From Flectonema sp. DT1601 (Eukaryota): a stretch of DNA of 64,000 bases. A program made the position numbers and the translations under genes. The stretch spans positions 1,116,001 to 1,180,000 of the forward strand of contig OZ025793.1 of the NCBI GenBank assembly GCA_964019425.1. Reading direction: 5' to 3'. Below are positions 32,614 through 44,701 of the stretch, piece after piece. The notes beneath the pieces are model-generated. The model was not told where the DNA came from, searched no databases, and saw only the letters and a program-made list of their open reading frames with translations. Numbering within the stretch: position 1 is the first letter of the stretch; every line of letters starts with the position of its first letter.

Positions 32614-32926
32614 GTATTTTGTTTTAGTTATGACTTCACTTTGAGTGATCCTGGCCATCATCAGCCAATGGGGATTGGGAAATAAAGAAAACCTTTTGTC
32701 GAATGAACCGGGGGTTGAGCTGAAAGGAAAAGAAATCTGAAAACGGAATGCAAAAAAAAAAAAATCATTAAAAAAAAAAAAAAAAAAGTGAGAGCTGAAA
32801 ATCGAAGGTTCAACACCCCCATTCTGTTTTTCATTCCGGGGTTGCTCTGGGAGGGCTAGTGTTAAGTGCGCGGGTGCGTTCTGCTTTCGTTTGGTACGCT
32901 TCTTATGTAGATTTTATTACACAGTA

Positions 32927-35528
32927 ATGAATTCAATTAAAACATGTTTTGGGCTGCTATTCGTAGCCCTGACCATCTCACTAGTTGGAGCTGAGGCCCC
33001 TGAAGAGAAGCACGGGTTCCAGGCTGAGGTTTCCAAGATGCTTGACATCATCATCAACGCTCTGTACACGAACAGAAACATCTTCCTTCGTGAAGTGATT
33101 TCCAACGCGTCTGACGCTCTTGACAAGATCCGCTTCCTTTACCTAACGAAGCCACGTGAGCCAACCAACAAGGACGGTGAGGCTCCAAAGATGGACATCA
33201 GAATCAAGGTTGACAAGGAGAACAGAATCCTCACCATCTCTGACGGTGGTGTTGGTATGTTGAAGGAGGACCTTATCAACCACTTGGGATCCCTTGGATC
33301 TTCGGGAACAAAGAACTTCGTTGAGAAGATGAAGGAATCGAACGATGCCAACTTGATTGGTCAGTTCGGAGTTGGTTTCTACTCTGTGTTCCTTGTAGCT
33401 GATGAAGTGAAGGTTGCCTCGAAGAACGACGAGTCAGAGAAGCAATGGGTGTGGAAGAGCAAGGCCGAAGGAGACTTCTTCATCTACGAAGATCCAAGAG
33501 GTAACACCATCGGACGTGGTACTGAGATCGAGCTTCTGATTAAGAAGGATGCCGAGGAGTACCTCGACACCGACAACCTGAAGGAGATCGTCACCAAGTA
33601 CTCTGAGTTCATCCAGTTCCCAATCTACTTACAGACTTCCAAGACCGAGAAGGTTCCAGTTGAGAAGACCGATGAGGAGCCAAAGGCGGATGACGAGGAG
33701 AAGAAGGACGAAGGTGAGGATGCTGAAGTCAAGGACGAAGACGAGGAGGCCAAGGAACCTGAGATGGAGGAGGTTACCACCTTCGAGTGGAACTTGGTTA
33801 ACGAGAACAAGCCAATCTGGCAGAGAAAGGGAGACGACATCACCGATGAGGAGTACAGCAGCTTCTACAAGGCGATCAGCAAGGACTACCAGGACCCATT
33901 GTACAAGACCCACTTCAGTGCTGAGGGAGAAGTCGAGTTCAAGTCTATCCTTTACATTCCTGGCCGCATGAAGCAGCAACAGTTCGACCAGAAGCAGGAG
34001 GGAGACAAGAACATCAGATTGTATGTATAATTGTGTTTGCTGATATTTTTGGGAAGTTGTTTTCGACAATGATAAGGAGTTTATTTTGATGCTTTGCGTG
34101 TGATTTATTTAATGCTTAAAAATATACAAAAACAGGTACGTCCGTCGTGTGTTCATCACTGATGACTTCAAGGACTTGTTGCCACGTTACTTGAGCTTCA
34201 TCCAGGGAGTTGTCGACAGTGATGACTTGCCTTTGAACGTTTCCCGTGAACTTCTCCAGGAAAGCAGAATCTTGAAGATCATCAAGAAGAAGTTGGTATG
34301 TAATTATGTCTTCGCTGTTCTGCTAATTCGTTCTTGGTTTTCTTTGTAAAATAGAACCAAAACTGAAAACAGATCAGAAAGGCACTCGCCATGATGAAGG
34401 ACCTTGCCGAAGAAGATGAGGAGGACGAGGACAAGAAGGATGACGACGAGAACACCGAGGCGGAGAAGACTGAAGACGGAGAGGAGAAGCCTGCAGAGAA
34501 GAAGGAGAAGAAGGAAAAGAAGTACCCAAAGTTCTGGGAGGAGTTCGGAAGAAACGTCAGACTCGGTCTCATTGAAGACGGAACCAACCGTTCAAGATTG
34601 ACTAAGTTGCTGAGGTACAAGACCAGCAAGTCCGAAGGTGAGTGGGCATCCCTCGATGACTACGTCGACAGAATGGCTGAGGGACAGAAGGAAATCTACT
34701 TCATGGTTGGAGAGAGCGTTGAGAAGATCAGAGAAAGACCAGCTTGTGAGGATGCCGAGAAGAGAGGACTTGAAGTGATCTTCATGACCGACGCCATCGA
34801 CGAGTACGTCGTTGGACACTTGACTGACTACAGCGGCCACAAGCTTGCGAACTTGGCGAAGGAGACTCCAAAGTTTGGAGACGATGACGACGCAAAGTCG
34901 AAGAAGATCGACGAGAAGAGAAAGGAAGTTTACCAGCCATTGGTTGACTGGTTCAAGGAACTTCTCGGAGAGAGAGTGAACAAGGTTATCCTGACCAAGA
35001 GAAAGACTGACTCACCTATGGTTGTCAGCAGTCCACAACACGGACTGACCGCCAACATGGCTAGAATCATGCAGGGACAGGCTCTTGGTGAGAAGGCCAT
35101 GTACGGTGCCGCTGACGTGAAGAAGATCTTGGAATTGAACCACCTCAACCCTCTCGTTGACGAAATCAACAAGCGTATCAAGGTATGTTTTTCCACAATT
35201 AATGGTTATCATCATTTATTACTGATTCATTGAACTCTGAGACAAAACAATCTCAAAACAGGCTGACAAGGATGATGCTCAGGCAAGAGACACAGCTGAG
35301 ATCTTGTTTGAGATGGCATCTGTTCAGGGAGGATTTGAGATGGATGACCAGAAGGGTTTGAACAACCGTCTGGAGAGAATGTTGAAGACTGGTTTGGACT
35401 TGGAAGCCACCGCTGGATTGGTTGATGAAGAAGAGTACGAGATTGAGGACGATGAGGAAGAGGCAGCTGATGAGGAGGCTGCAGCAGAGGAGGGTGCTGC
35501 TGAAGAAACCCCACAGGAAGAATTATAA
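32927..35528 (+). CDS. GRP94: Endoplasmin/GRP94 (ER HSP90), copy 1
   Basis: Exons 32927..34020, 34136..34295, 34373..35182 and 35262..35528 (776 aa). Signal peptide, [43 protein letters not shown]-terminal QEEL. Splicing restores IRLYVRRVFI and KKKLIRKAL. Confidence 0.96.
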
Positions 35529-35731
35529 GTTCTTCTCTGTTATCGTACGACTTCCTCCCCAACAATGAATTAATTTCTTTTTCATTATTTACTTTACCCA
35601 AGCACATAGTGCTAGTGTTCCACGAATAGTACTGTCCAACACTTTGCCATTCGCAATGACTCGATTTTAGCGTTTAGATGCAGTCGAACATTCTATCTTC
35701 ATAAATATTATATCCCTCACAGTTATCTGCA

Positions 35732-38700
35732 ATGAATTCAATTAAAACATGTTTTGGGCTGCTATTCGTAGCCCTGACCATCTCACTAGTTGGAGCTGAG
35801 GCCCCTGAAGAGAAGCACGGGTTCCAGGCTGAGGTTTCCAAGATGCTTGACATCATCATCAACGCTCTGTACACGAACAGAAACATCTTCCTTCGTGAAG
35901 TGATTTCCAACGCGTCTGACGCTCTTGACAAGATCCGCTTCCTTTACCTAACGAAGCCACGTGAGCCAACCAACAAGGACGGTGAGGCTCCAAAGATGGA
36001 CATCAGAATCAAGGTCGACAAGGAGAACAGAATCCTCACCATCTCTGATGGTGGTGTTGGTATGTTGAAGGAGGACCTTATCAACCACTTGGGATCCCTT
36101 GGATCTTCGGGAACAAAGAACTTCGTTGAGAAGATGAAGGAATCGAACGATGCCAACTTGATTGGTCAGTTCGGAGTTGGTTTCTACTCTGTGTTCCTTG
36201 TAGCTGATGAAGTGAAGGTTGCCTCGAAGAACGACGAGTCAGAGAAGCAATGGGTGTGGAAGAGCAAGGCCGAAGGAGACTTCTTCATCTACGAAGATCC
36301 AAGAGGTAACACCATCGGACGTGGTACTGAGATCGAGCTTCTGATTAAGAAGGATGCCGAGGAGTACCTCGACACCGACAACCTGAAGGAGATCGTCACC
36401 AAGTACTCTGAGTTCATCCAGTTCCCAATCTACTTACAGACTTCCAAGACCGAGAAGGTTCCAGTTGAGAAGACCGATGAGGAGCCAAAGGCGGATGACG
36501 AGGAGAAGAAGGACGAAGGTGAGGATGCTGAAGTCAAGGACGAAGACGAGGAGGCCAAGGAACCTGAGATGGAGGAGGTTACCACCTTCGAGTGGAACTT
36601 GGTTAACGAGAACAAGCCAATCTGGCAGAGAAAGGGAGACGACATCACCGATGAGGAGTACAGCAGCTTCTACAAGGCGATCAGCAAGGACTACCAGGAC
36701 CCATTGTACAAGACCCACTTCAGTGCTGAGGGAGAAGTCGAGTTCAAGTCTATCCTTTACATTCCTGGCCGCATGAAGCAGCAACAGTTCGACCAGAAGC
36801 AGGAGGGAGACAAGAACATCAGATTGTATGTATAATTGTGTTTGCTGATATTTTTGGGAAGTTGTTTTCGACAATGACTGCGTGTAAAAATATACAAAAA
36901 CAGGTACGTCCGTCGTGTGTTCATCACTGATGACTTCAAGGACTTGTTGCCACGTTACTTGAGCTTCATCCAGGGAGTTGTCGACAGTGATGACTTGCCT
37001 TTGAACGTTTCCCGTGAACTTCTCCAGGAAAGCAGAATCTTGAAGATCATCAAGAAGAAGTTGGTATGTAATTATGTCTTCGCTGTTCTGCTAATTCGTT
37101 CTTGGTTTTCTTTGTAAAATAGAACCATCGAACCAAAACTGAAAACAGATCAGAAAGGCACTCGCCATGATGAAGGACCTTGCCGAAGAAGATGAGGAGG
37201 ACGAGGACAAGAAGGATGACGACGAGAACACCGAGGACGCGGAGAAGACTGAAGACGGAGAGGAGAAGCCTGCAGAAAAGAAGGAGAAGAAGGAAAAGAA
37301 GTACCCAAAGTTCTGGGAGGAGTTCGGAAGAAACGTCAGACTCGGTCTCATCGAAGACGGAACCAACCGTTCAAGATTGACTAAGTTGCTGAGGTACAAG
37401 ACCAGCAAGTCCGAAGGTGAGTGGGCATCCCTCGATGACTATGTCGACAGAATGGCTGAGGGACAGAAGGAAATCTACTTCATGGTTGGAGAGAGCGTTG
37501 AGAAGATCAGAGAAAGACCAGCTTGTGAGGATGCCGAGAAGAGAGGACTGGAAGTGATCTTCATGACCGACGCCATCGACGAGTACGTCGTTGGACACTT
37601 GACTGACTACAGCGGCCACAAGCTTGCGAACTTGGCGAAGGAGACTCCAAAGTTTGGAGACGATGACGACGCAAAGTCGAAGAAGATCGACGAGAAGAGA
37701 AAGGAAGTTTACCAGCCATTGGTTGACTGGTTCAAGGAACTTCTCGGAGAGAGAGTGAACAAGGTTATCCTGACCAAGAGAAAGACTGACTCACCTATGG
37801 TTGTCAGCAGTCCACAACACGGACTGACCGCCAACATGGCCAGAATCATGCAGGGACAGGCTCTTGGTGAGAAGGCCATGTACGGTGCCGCTGACGTGAA
37901 GAAGATCTTGGAATTGAACCACCTCAACCCTCTCGTTGACGAAATCAACAAGCGTATCAAGGTATGTATAATACTATATTTATCACTTGAGAGAAGATGA
38001 TCCAATGTTAGATTATGTTGATACTCATATGACCAGTTAATATCACTCCTGTATATGAGATAGAAATTATTATTATTTGTATTAGTTGATTCATAGAATA
38101 AAAAACGAACGTATTTTAGTAAATACACTACTGACAATTGAAAAGATAGTTGGACCGCCCCCGGAAATTGGAAGGAACAAACCTTTTTATAAAAAAATAT
38201 TAAAAATTAGATTATTCATTTTTGTTGGGCTTTGTTACAGATGTAACAGAACTGTCGAAGAAAAATAAGATTTCTGGAATAGCAAGAAAATTGGGAAATA
38301 CAATAGAAATCACGTGCGGCAAAAGTCAACTCTTTTAGGCCGTAACAGAGTGTGCCTAGGATTGTTAAGTAATTGGCTTTAGTAGCTTTCCAACCATGGG
38401 TGAACCTGCGTAGCCTGTGTTACTGCGAACTTAATTTCAGAGACAACACAAGTGCGCTACAAGAGATGGAGAAGGTTTGTGGCCGAGTGAATCCCGTGAT
38501 TGAATAGTTACCTGGTGAGTTTGTTTCCCTATTCTTGTATAAATAAGTCTGTTGGTATTCCATTCAGTAGGGCATCTTTGTCTGATTCATTGTGAGCCAC
38601 AAGAAGGTTAAGAATGGCTCAGAAGTCAGCCCCAAGTTGACGTTTACGGCAGTTATTATTTTTGTTCATTATGCAAAGCTACTAAATAATAAATTGAACA

Positions 38701-39601
38701 CTGGAACAGTTGATAGTACGTCCCTGAATTTCTAGATTCGACAACGTCTTCTGGCCAATAAAATATATTTCCCCTTTATGTTTTCTTTTTCTAAACGTAC
38801 CTTTTAACTACAAATATTTTTTTCAGTCAAGTACTTGATATTAATACCTAAAGTTGTTACTGTATTTGCATTGTCAAAAATTTCACCTCCGAAAACGGTG
38901 TCCCTGAGTGTGGTCTCCGAATACCGGATTCGACAACTTCTTCTGGTCAGTAAGACAAAAAATATTAGTCATTCCAAAAATAACCGGCCGCGAAAACCAG
39001 TTTTGCTTCGAGCAACCGTTGGTCAAAAATGCATATATAATTTTCCCATTTATGTTTTCTATTTTCTAAACGTAATTTTTCTTTGATTAACAACTACAAA
39101 TATTTTTTCAGTCAAGTACTTGATATTAATACCTAAAGTTGTTACTGTTCTTACATTGTCGGAGTTTCACCCCCAAAACGGCGTCCCCGGGAGCCATATT
39201 TTAGCCCTCCAAATTTGGAAGGCGGTCCAACTTCGTAAAATGTACTGTGTTTATATAAAGATAGCCTTGGCAACCTTTCAGTAGGAATTGACGTTGTTAT
39301 CTTAATTCAATAAATTATAAAAATAAATAAACAGGCTGACAAGGATGATGCTCAGGCAAGAGACACAGCTGAGATCTTGTTTGAGATGGCATCTGTTCAG
39401 GGAGGATTTGAGATGGATGACCAGAAGGGTTTGAACAACCGTCTGGAGAGAATGTTGAAGACTGGTTTGGACTTGGAAGCCACCGCTGGATTGGTTGATG
39501 AAGAAGAGTACGAGATTGAGGACGATGAGGAAGAGGCAGCTGATGAGGAGGCTGCAGCAGAGGAGGGTGCTGCTGAAGAAGCTCCACAAGAAGAATTGTA
39601 A
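35732..39601 (+). CDS. GRP94: Endoplasmin/GRP94, copy 2 (expanded intron 3)
   Basis: Exons 35732..36825, 36904..37063, 37149..37961 and 39335..39601 (777 aa). Intron 3 is 37962..39334 (1373 nt, GTATG..AAACAG). Confidence 0.94.
38148..39232. mobile_element. Non-autonomous TIR element (MITE-like) inside GRP94 copy 2 intron 3
   Basis: Terminal inverted repeats AGTTGGACCGCC.. / ..GGCGGTCCAACT (12/12 terminal, 22/28 extended). Internal ~140-bp direct repeat (about 38768..38904 and 39041..39188). No recognisable ORF and no clear TSD. Confidence 0.7.
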
Positions 39602-39829
39602 AAGTAGTTTATGGATGTAAAAGAATTTTGCAAGTCATTGCTGCGAATACAATTGACTTTTGATTATTTTTAATTTAACAAGCACTGAGTGCTAGTGTTC
39701 ATTTTCCTCCCCTGCTGAATAGTGCTGTCCAACACTTTACTATTCTGGCGATGGTAACGGTAGCGGTTCGATATTAGTTTTGGTGGTTCGTTTACTCATC
39801 CTTAATTATATACCTCACAGTTATCTGCA

Positions 39830-42405
39830 ATGAATTCAATTAAAACATGTTTTGGGCTGCTATTCGTAGCCCTGACCATCTCACTAGTTGGAGCTGAGGC
39901 CCCTGAAGAGAAGCACGGGTTCCAGGCTGAGGTTTCCAAGATGCTTGACATCATCATCAACGCTCTGTACACGAACAGAAACATCTTCCTTCGTGAAGTG
40001 ATTTCCAACGCGTCTGACGCTCTTGACAAGATCCGCTTCCTTTACCTAACGAAGCCACGTGAGCCAACCAACAAGGACGGTGAGGCTCCAAAGATGGACA
40101 TCAGAATCAAGGTTGACAAGGAGAACAGAATCCTCACCATCTCTGACGGTGGTGTTGGTATGTTGAAGGAGGACCTTATCAACCACTTGGGATCCCTTGG
40201 ATCTTCGGGAACAAAGAACTTCGTTGAGAAGATGAAGGAATCGAACGATGCCAACTTGATTGGTCAGTTCGGAGTTGGTTTCTACTCTGTGTTCCTTGTA
40301 GCTGATGAAGTGAAGGTTGCCTCGAAGAACGACGAGTCAGAGAAGCAATGGGTGTGGAAGAGCAAGGCCGAAGGAGACTTCTTCATCTACGAAGATCCAA
40401 GAGGTAACACCATCGGACGTGGTACTGAGATCGAGCTTCTGATTAAGAAGGATGCCGAGGAGTACCTCGACACCGACAACCTGAAGGAGATCGTCACCAA
40501 GTACTCTGAGTTCATCCAGTTCCCAATCTACTTACAGACTTCCAAGACCGAGAAGGTTCCAGTTGAGAAGACCGATGAGGAGCCAAAGGCGGATGACGAG
40601 GAGAAGAAGGACGAAGGTGAGGATGCTGAAGTCAAGGACGAAGACGAGGAGGCCAAGGAACCTGAGATGGAGGAGGTTACCACCTTCGAGTGGAACTTGG
40701 TTAACGAGAACAAGCCAATCTGGCAGAGAAAGGGAGACGACATCACCGATGAGGAGTACAGCAGCTTCTACAAGGCGATCAGCAAGGACTACCAGGACCC
40801 ATTGTACAAGACCCACTTCAGTGCTGAGGGAGAAGTCGAGTTCAAGTCTATCCTTTACATTCCTGGCCGCATGAAGCAGCAACAGTTCGACCAGAAGCAG
40901 GAGGGAGACAAGAACATCAGATTGTATGTATAATTGTGTTTGCTGATATTTTTGGGAAGTTGTTTACGACAATGACTGCGTGTAAAAATATACAAAAACA
41001 GGTACGTCCGTCGTGTGTTCATCACTGATGACTTCAAGGACTTGTTGCCACGTTACTTGAGCTTCATCCAAGGTGTTGTCGACAGTGATGACTTGCCTTT
41101 GAACGTTTCCCGTGAACTTCTCCAGGAAAGCAGAATCTTGAAGATCATCAAGAAGAAGTTGGTATGTAATTATGTCTTCGCTGTTCTGCTCATTCGTTCT
41201 TGGTTTTCTTTGTAAAATAGAACCATCGAACCAAAACTGAAAACAGATCAGAAAGGCACTCGCCATGATGAAGGACCTTGCCGAAGAAGATGAGGAGGAC
41301 GAGGACAAGAAGGATGACGACGAGAACACCGAGGACGCGGAGAAGACTGAAGACGGAGAGGAGAAGCCTGCAGAGAAGAAGGAGAAGAAGGAAAAGAAGT
41401 ACCCAAAGTTCTGGGAGGAGTTCGGAAGAAACGTCAGACTCGGTCTCATCGAAGACGGAACCAACCGTTCAAGATTGACTAAGTTGCTGAGGTACAAGAC
41501 CAGCAAGTCCGAAGGTGAGTGGGCATCCCTCGATGACTATGTCGACAGAATGGCTGAGGGACAGAAGGAAATCTACTTCATGGTTGGAGAGAGCGTTGAG
41601 AAGATCAGAGAAAGACCAGCTTGTGAGGATGCCGAGAAGAGAGGACTGGAAGTGATCTTCATGACCGACGCCATCGACGAGTACGTCGTTGGACACTTGA
41701 CTGACTACAGCGGCCACAAGCTTGCGAACTTGGCGAAGGAGACTCCAAAGTTTGGAGACGATGACGACGCAAAGTCGAAGAAGATCGACGAGAAGAGAAA
41801 GGAAGTTTACCAGCCATTGGTTGACTGGTTCAAGGAACTTCTCGGAGAGAGAGTGAACAAGGTTATCCTGACCAAGAGAAAGACTGACTCACCTATGGTT
41901 GTCAGCAGTCCACAACACGGACTGACCGCCAACATGGCCAGAATCATGCAGGGACAGGCTCTTGGTGAGAAGGCCATGTACGGTGCCGCTGACGTGAAGA
42001 AGATCTTGGAATTGAACCACCTCAACCCTCTCGTTGACGAAATCAACAAGCGTATCAAGGTATGTTTTTCCACAATTAATGGTTATCATCATTTATTACT
42101 GATTCATTGAACTCTGAGACAAAACAATCTCAAAACAGGCTGACAAGGATGATGCTCAGGCAAGAGACACAGCTGAGATCTTGTTTGAGATGGCATCTGT
42201 TCAGGGAGGATTTGAGATGGATGACCAGAAGGGTTTGAACAACCGTCTGGAGAGAATGTTGAAGACTGGTTTGGACTTGGAAGCCACCGCTGGATTGGTT
42301 GATGAAGAAGAGTACGAGATTGAGGACGATGAGGAAGAGGCAGCTGATGAGGAGGCTGCAGCAGAGGAGGGTGCTGCTGAAGAAGCTCCACAAGAGGAAC
42401 TATAA
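39830..42405 (+). CDS. GRP94: Endoplasmin/GRP94, copy 3
   Basis: Exons 39830..40923, 41002..41161, 41247..42059 and 42139..42405 (777 aa). Confidence 0.96.
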
Positions 42406-42837
42406 GTGAGTACACGAACTCAGATGTCGATATTTTTATTCGACGTAATCTATGAAGATCGTGATTGAGTATTTCTTATTTTATTTATTTTCATTTTTAT
42501 CGGTCCGCTCTTTCATTTTTTCTCTCTTGGGGGTATTGATATTTTTAACTTTCACTTTTGCTTTATTTTTCCTTTTTCTTTTTGCTTAAGTTACAAAAGC
42601 AGGCGCAGACCTCCTCCTTTTGTATTTTTTGATCTCTTTTTAATTTTATCTTTAATTAATGAAGCGTCGTCAAGCCTGGATTCATATCAAAGTAATAAAA
42701 AACTAATTCACACGACAGTTTATAAAACAAAAGAATGATACTAGCGTGAGAAAATGTAAGAAAGATATTTCAATTTTTTTTAAATTTCATTTGTATCATT
42801 TAGTTTTTTTTTAGTTGACTGGGATTTCGAGACAGAT

Positions 42838-44148
42838 ATGGAAGAAGAAAGTCCGGTACATGCAGACCCGCAGACAAATGATGAAAATGCATGTCTTGCA
42901 ACTCAACAACAACAACAACAAGAAGAAGAGGAAGTAGTAGCAGAAGAAGAACTTTCATTCGAAAATCGTATTTTAAAAGTAAGCAAACCAACTCACGTAG
43001 GAGGTGGGTTACTTGACTCTGGTCATATTGTATACGAAGTTGAAAGTAAAATAGAAGGTGGAGAATATGTTGGTGAAGAATGTAAAGTAATGAGAAGATA
43101 CCAAGCCTTTGTTACACTTAGAGAACTGTTATCGGATGCACATCCTGGTGTAATTATACCCGTCCTACCTGATAAGGAGTTGCAGGGAATGGTTGCAAAG
43201 TTCACAGGCAGTGAAGCAATTACTCAGTACAGATTACGGCATCTGAATAAGTTTCTCTCAGCATGCGGTAATTCACCTATCTTAATGAAATCATCAGTTA
43301 TGAGGAACTTCTTATCCTCAGATGATTGGGAAACAAGTACAGCAATAAAATGGAGAGTACCGAAAGCATTAAAAGATTCATTCAGTAAACAAATGTCTAT
43401 TCGAGGAATTAAAGACAATATCGTACCTGAAGCGTACTCTGGTCTTTATAAATATTTAATAAGTGAAGAGCAGGAATTACAAATACTACGCGAACATATA
43501 GAAGTTCAACTTCAGTTTTTTTCTGATTCTGGAGAAGCAATGAAGGAAGTTGGAGATGCTCTCGATAAGTTCGCTTCAATAGAAGTTGAATCTGGGGATC
43601 CTTCTGATGTGGCTGAGGACCTCAAGAATACGGTTCTCTTTGTAAATCAATTAGGAGACTCATACAGGACGCAGTCAGTAAGTGACCTCCCTCCACTTCA
43701 AGATGTTCTTGATACCATTTCATACTACGCAAATATGACGGAAAGTTTACGTGCAAATCTTTACTCTCAAAAACGACTCGAACTCCAACTTGCTAAGAAG
43801 CAAAAACTCGTCGGTGATCTACTCCGAAAACGTGATGATGCCTCAGCTGAAAAGAAACAAAAATACACAACACAACTTGACTCCCTCATGGCTGATGTTC
43901 GAACTGAGATTCCTGAATTGGATTTAATCTCAACAGAGTTTGATAAACAACTTGTAAACTATCGGAAGATAATGAATACGGTATGTCTCCTCTTTTCTTT
44001 TATACTTTTTCGTAACGTTGTAAAACAATTACAAGAATGTTAAAACAAACAGGATTGGAAACAGGCTCTGTACTCGATTGTTAACCATCGTATTGAGGTT
44101 TATCATAAGCAAGTGATTGCCAAATATGAACCAATCCTCGACATCTAA
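42838..44148 (+). CDS. Sorting nexin (PX + BAR)
   Basis: PX motifs HIVYEV, VMRRYQAFVTLRELL, HPGVIIPVLPDK and YRLRHLNKFL; helical C-terminal half. Exons 42838..43980 and 44053..44148 (72-nt GTATG..AAACAG intron), giving the end DWKQALYSIV..PILDI; 412 aa. Confidence 0.88.
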
Positions 44149-44250
44149 CTACCTAAAATGTTAAAAAAAAGGAATTTCATTATCTTGTGGCTCTTTTTTT
44201 TTAAACGGAGAGCATTGGCGAAATGGTTTCTGGAAAATATTGCTGAACAG

Positions 44251-44283
<33 letters not shown>

Positions 44284-44701
44284 CTTATTGAATCTTACAT
44301 ACCTTTTTTTTAAAAAAGGCCGATTATTGTATTATTTCTTACTATTGTAGGGGGCCCCCAGGTCTCTGACTTACTAAGTTGAAAGTTTCCCAAGCATTGG
44401 AATAATGGTGGTCTTTTCCAAAAAAAAAAAAAAAAAAAAAAAAAAAGGTTTTACAAAAAGAAATTCTTTAAAAAAAAGAAAAGCCCTTCTCGAAAAAGGC
44501 AAGGTGAACAAGGAAATAAAAATAACTAATAGACAGGAGTACTGCTTTCATCCACAACGTTTTTCTTCGTACATTATTGTGATCTGTGATTCCAGAGTCT
44601 ACAAGCAGTGCATTATTTACGTTTAGGGGGAAGCTTCCAATTTATGTTTTGATTTTGGTAAAAGAAATGAAGCATTTCATTTAAAATTAGCAAACACAAC
44701 A

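Noticed and set aside
38240..38700. Possible transposase remnant inside the intronic TIR element
   Set aside because: The minus-strand frames I translated contain multiple stops and no recognisable DDE or other motif.
32891..42405. Fragmented HSP90 ORFs suggesting pseudogenes, frameshifting or stop-codon reassignment
   Set aside because: Three GT-AG introns per copy restore continuous 776-777 aa proteins under the standard code.
32917..42415. Recurrent antisense and alternative-frame ORFs over the GRP94 copies
   Set aside because: By-products of strong codon bias; they recur only because the gene is triplicated.
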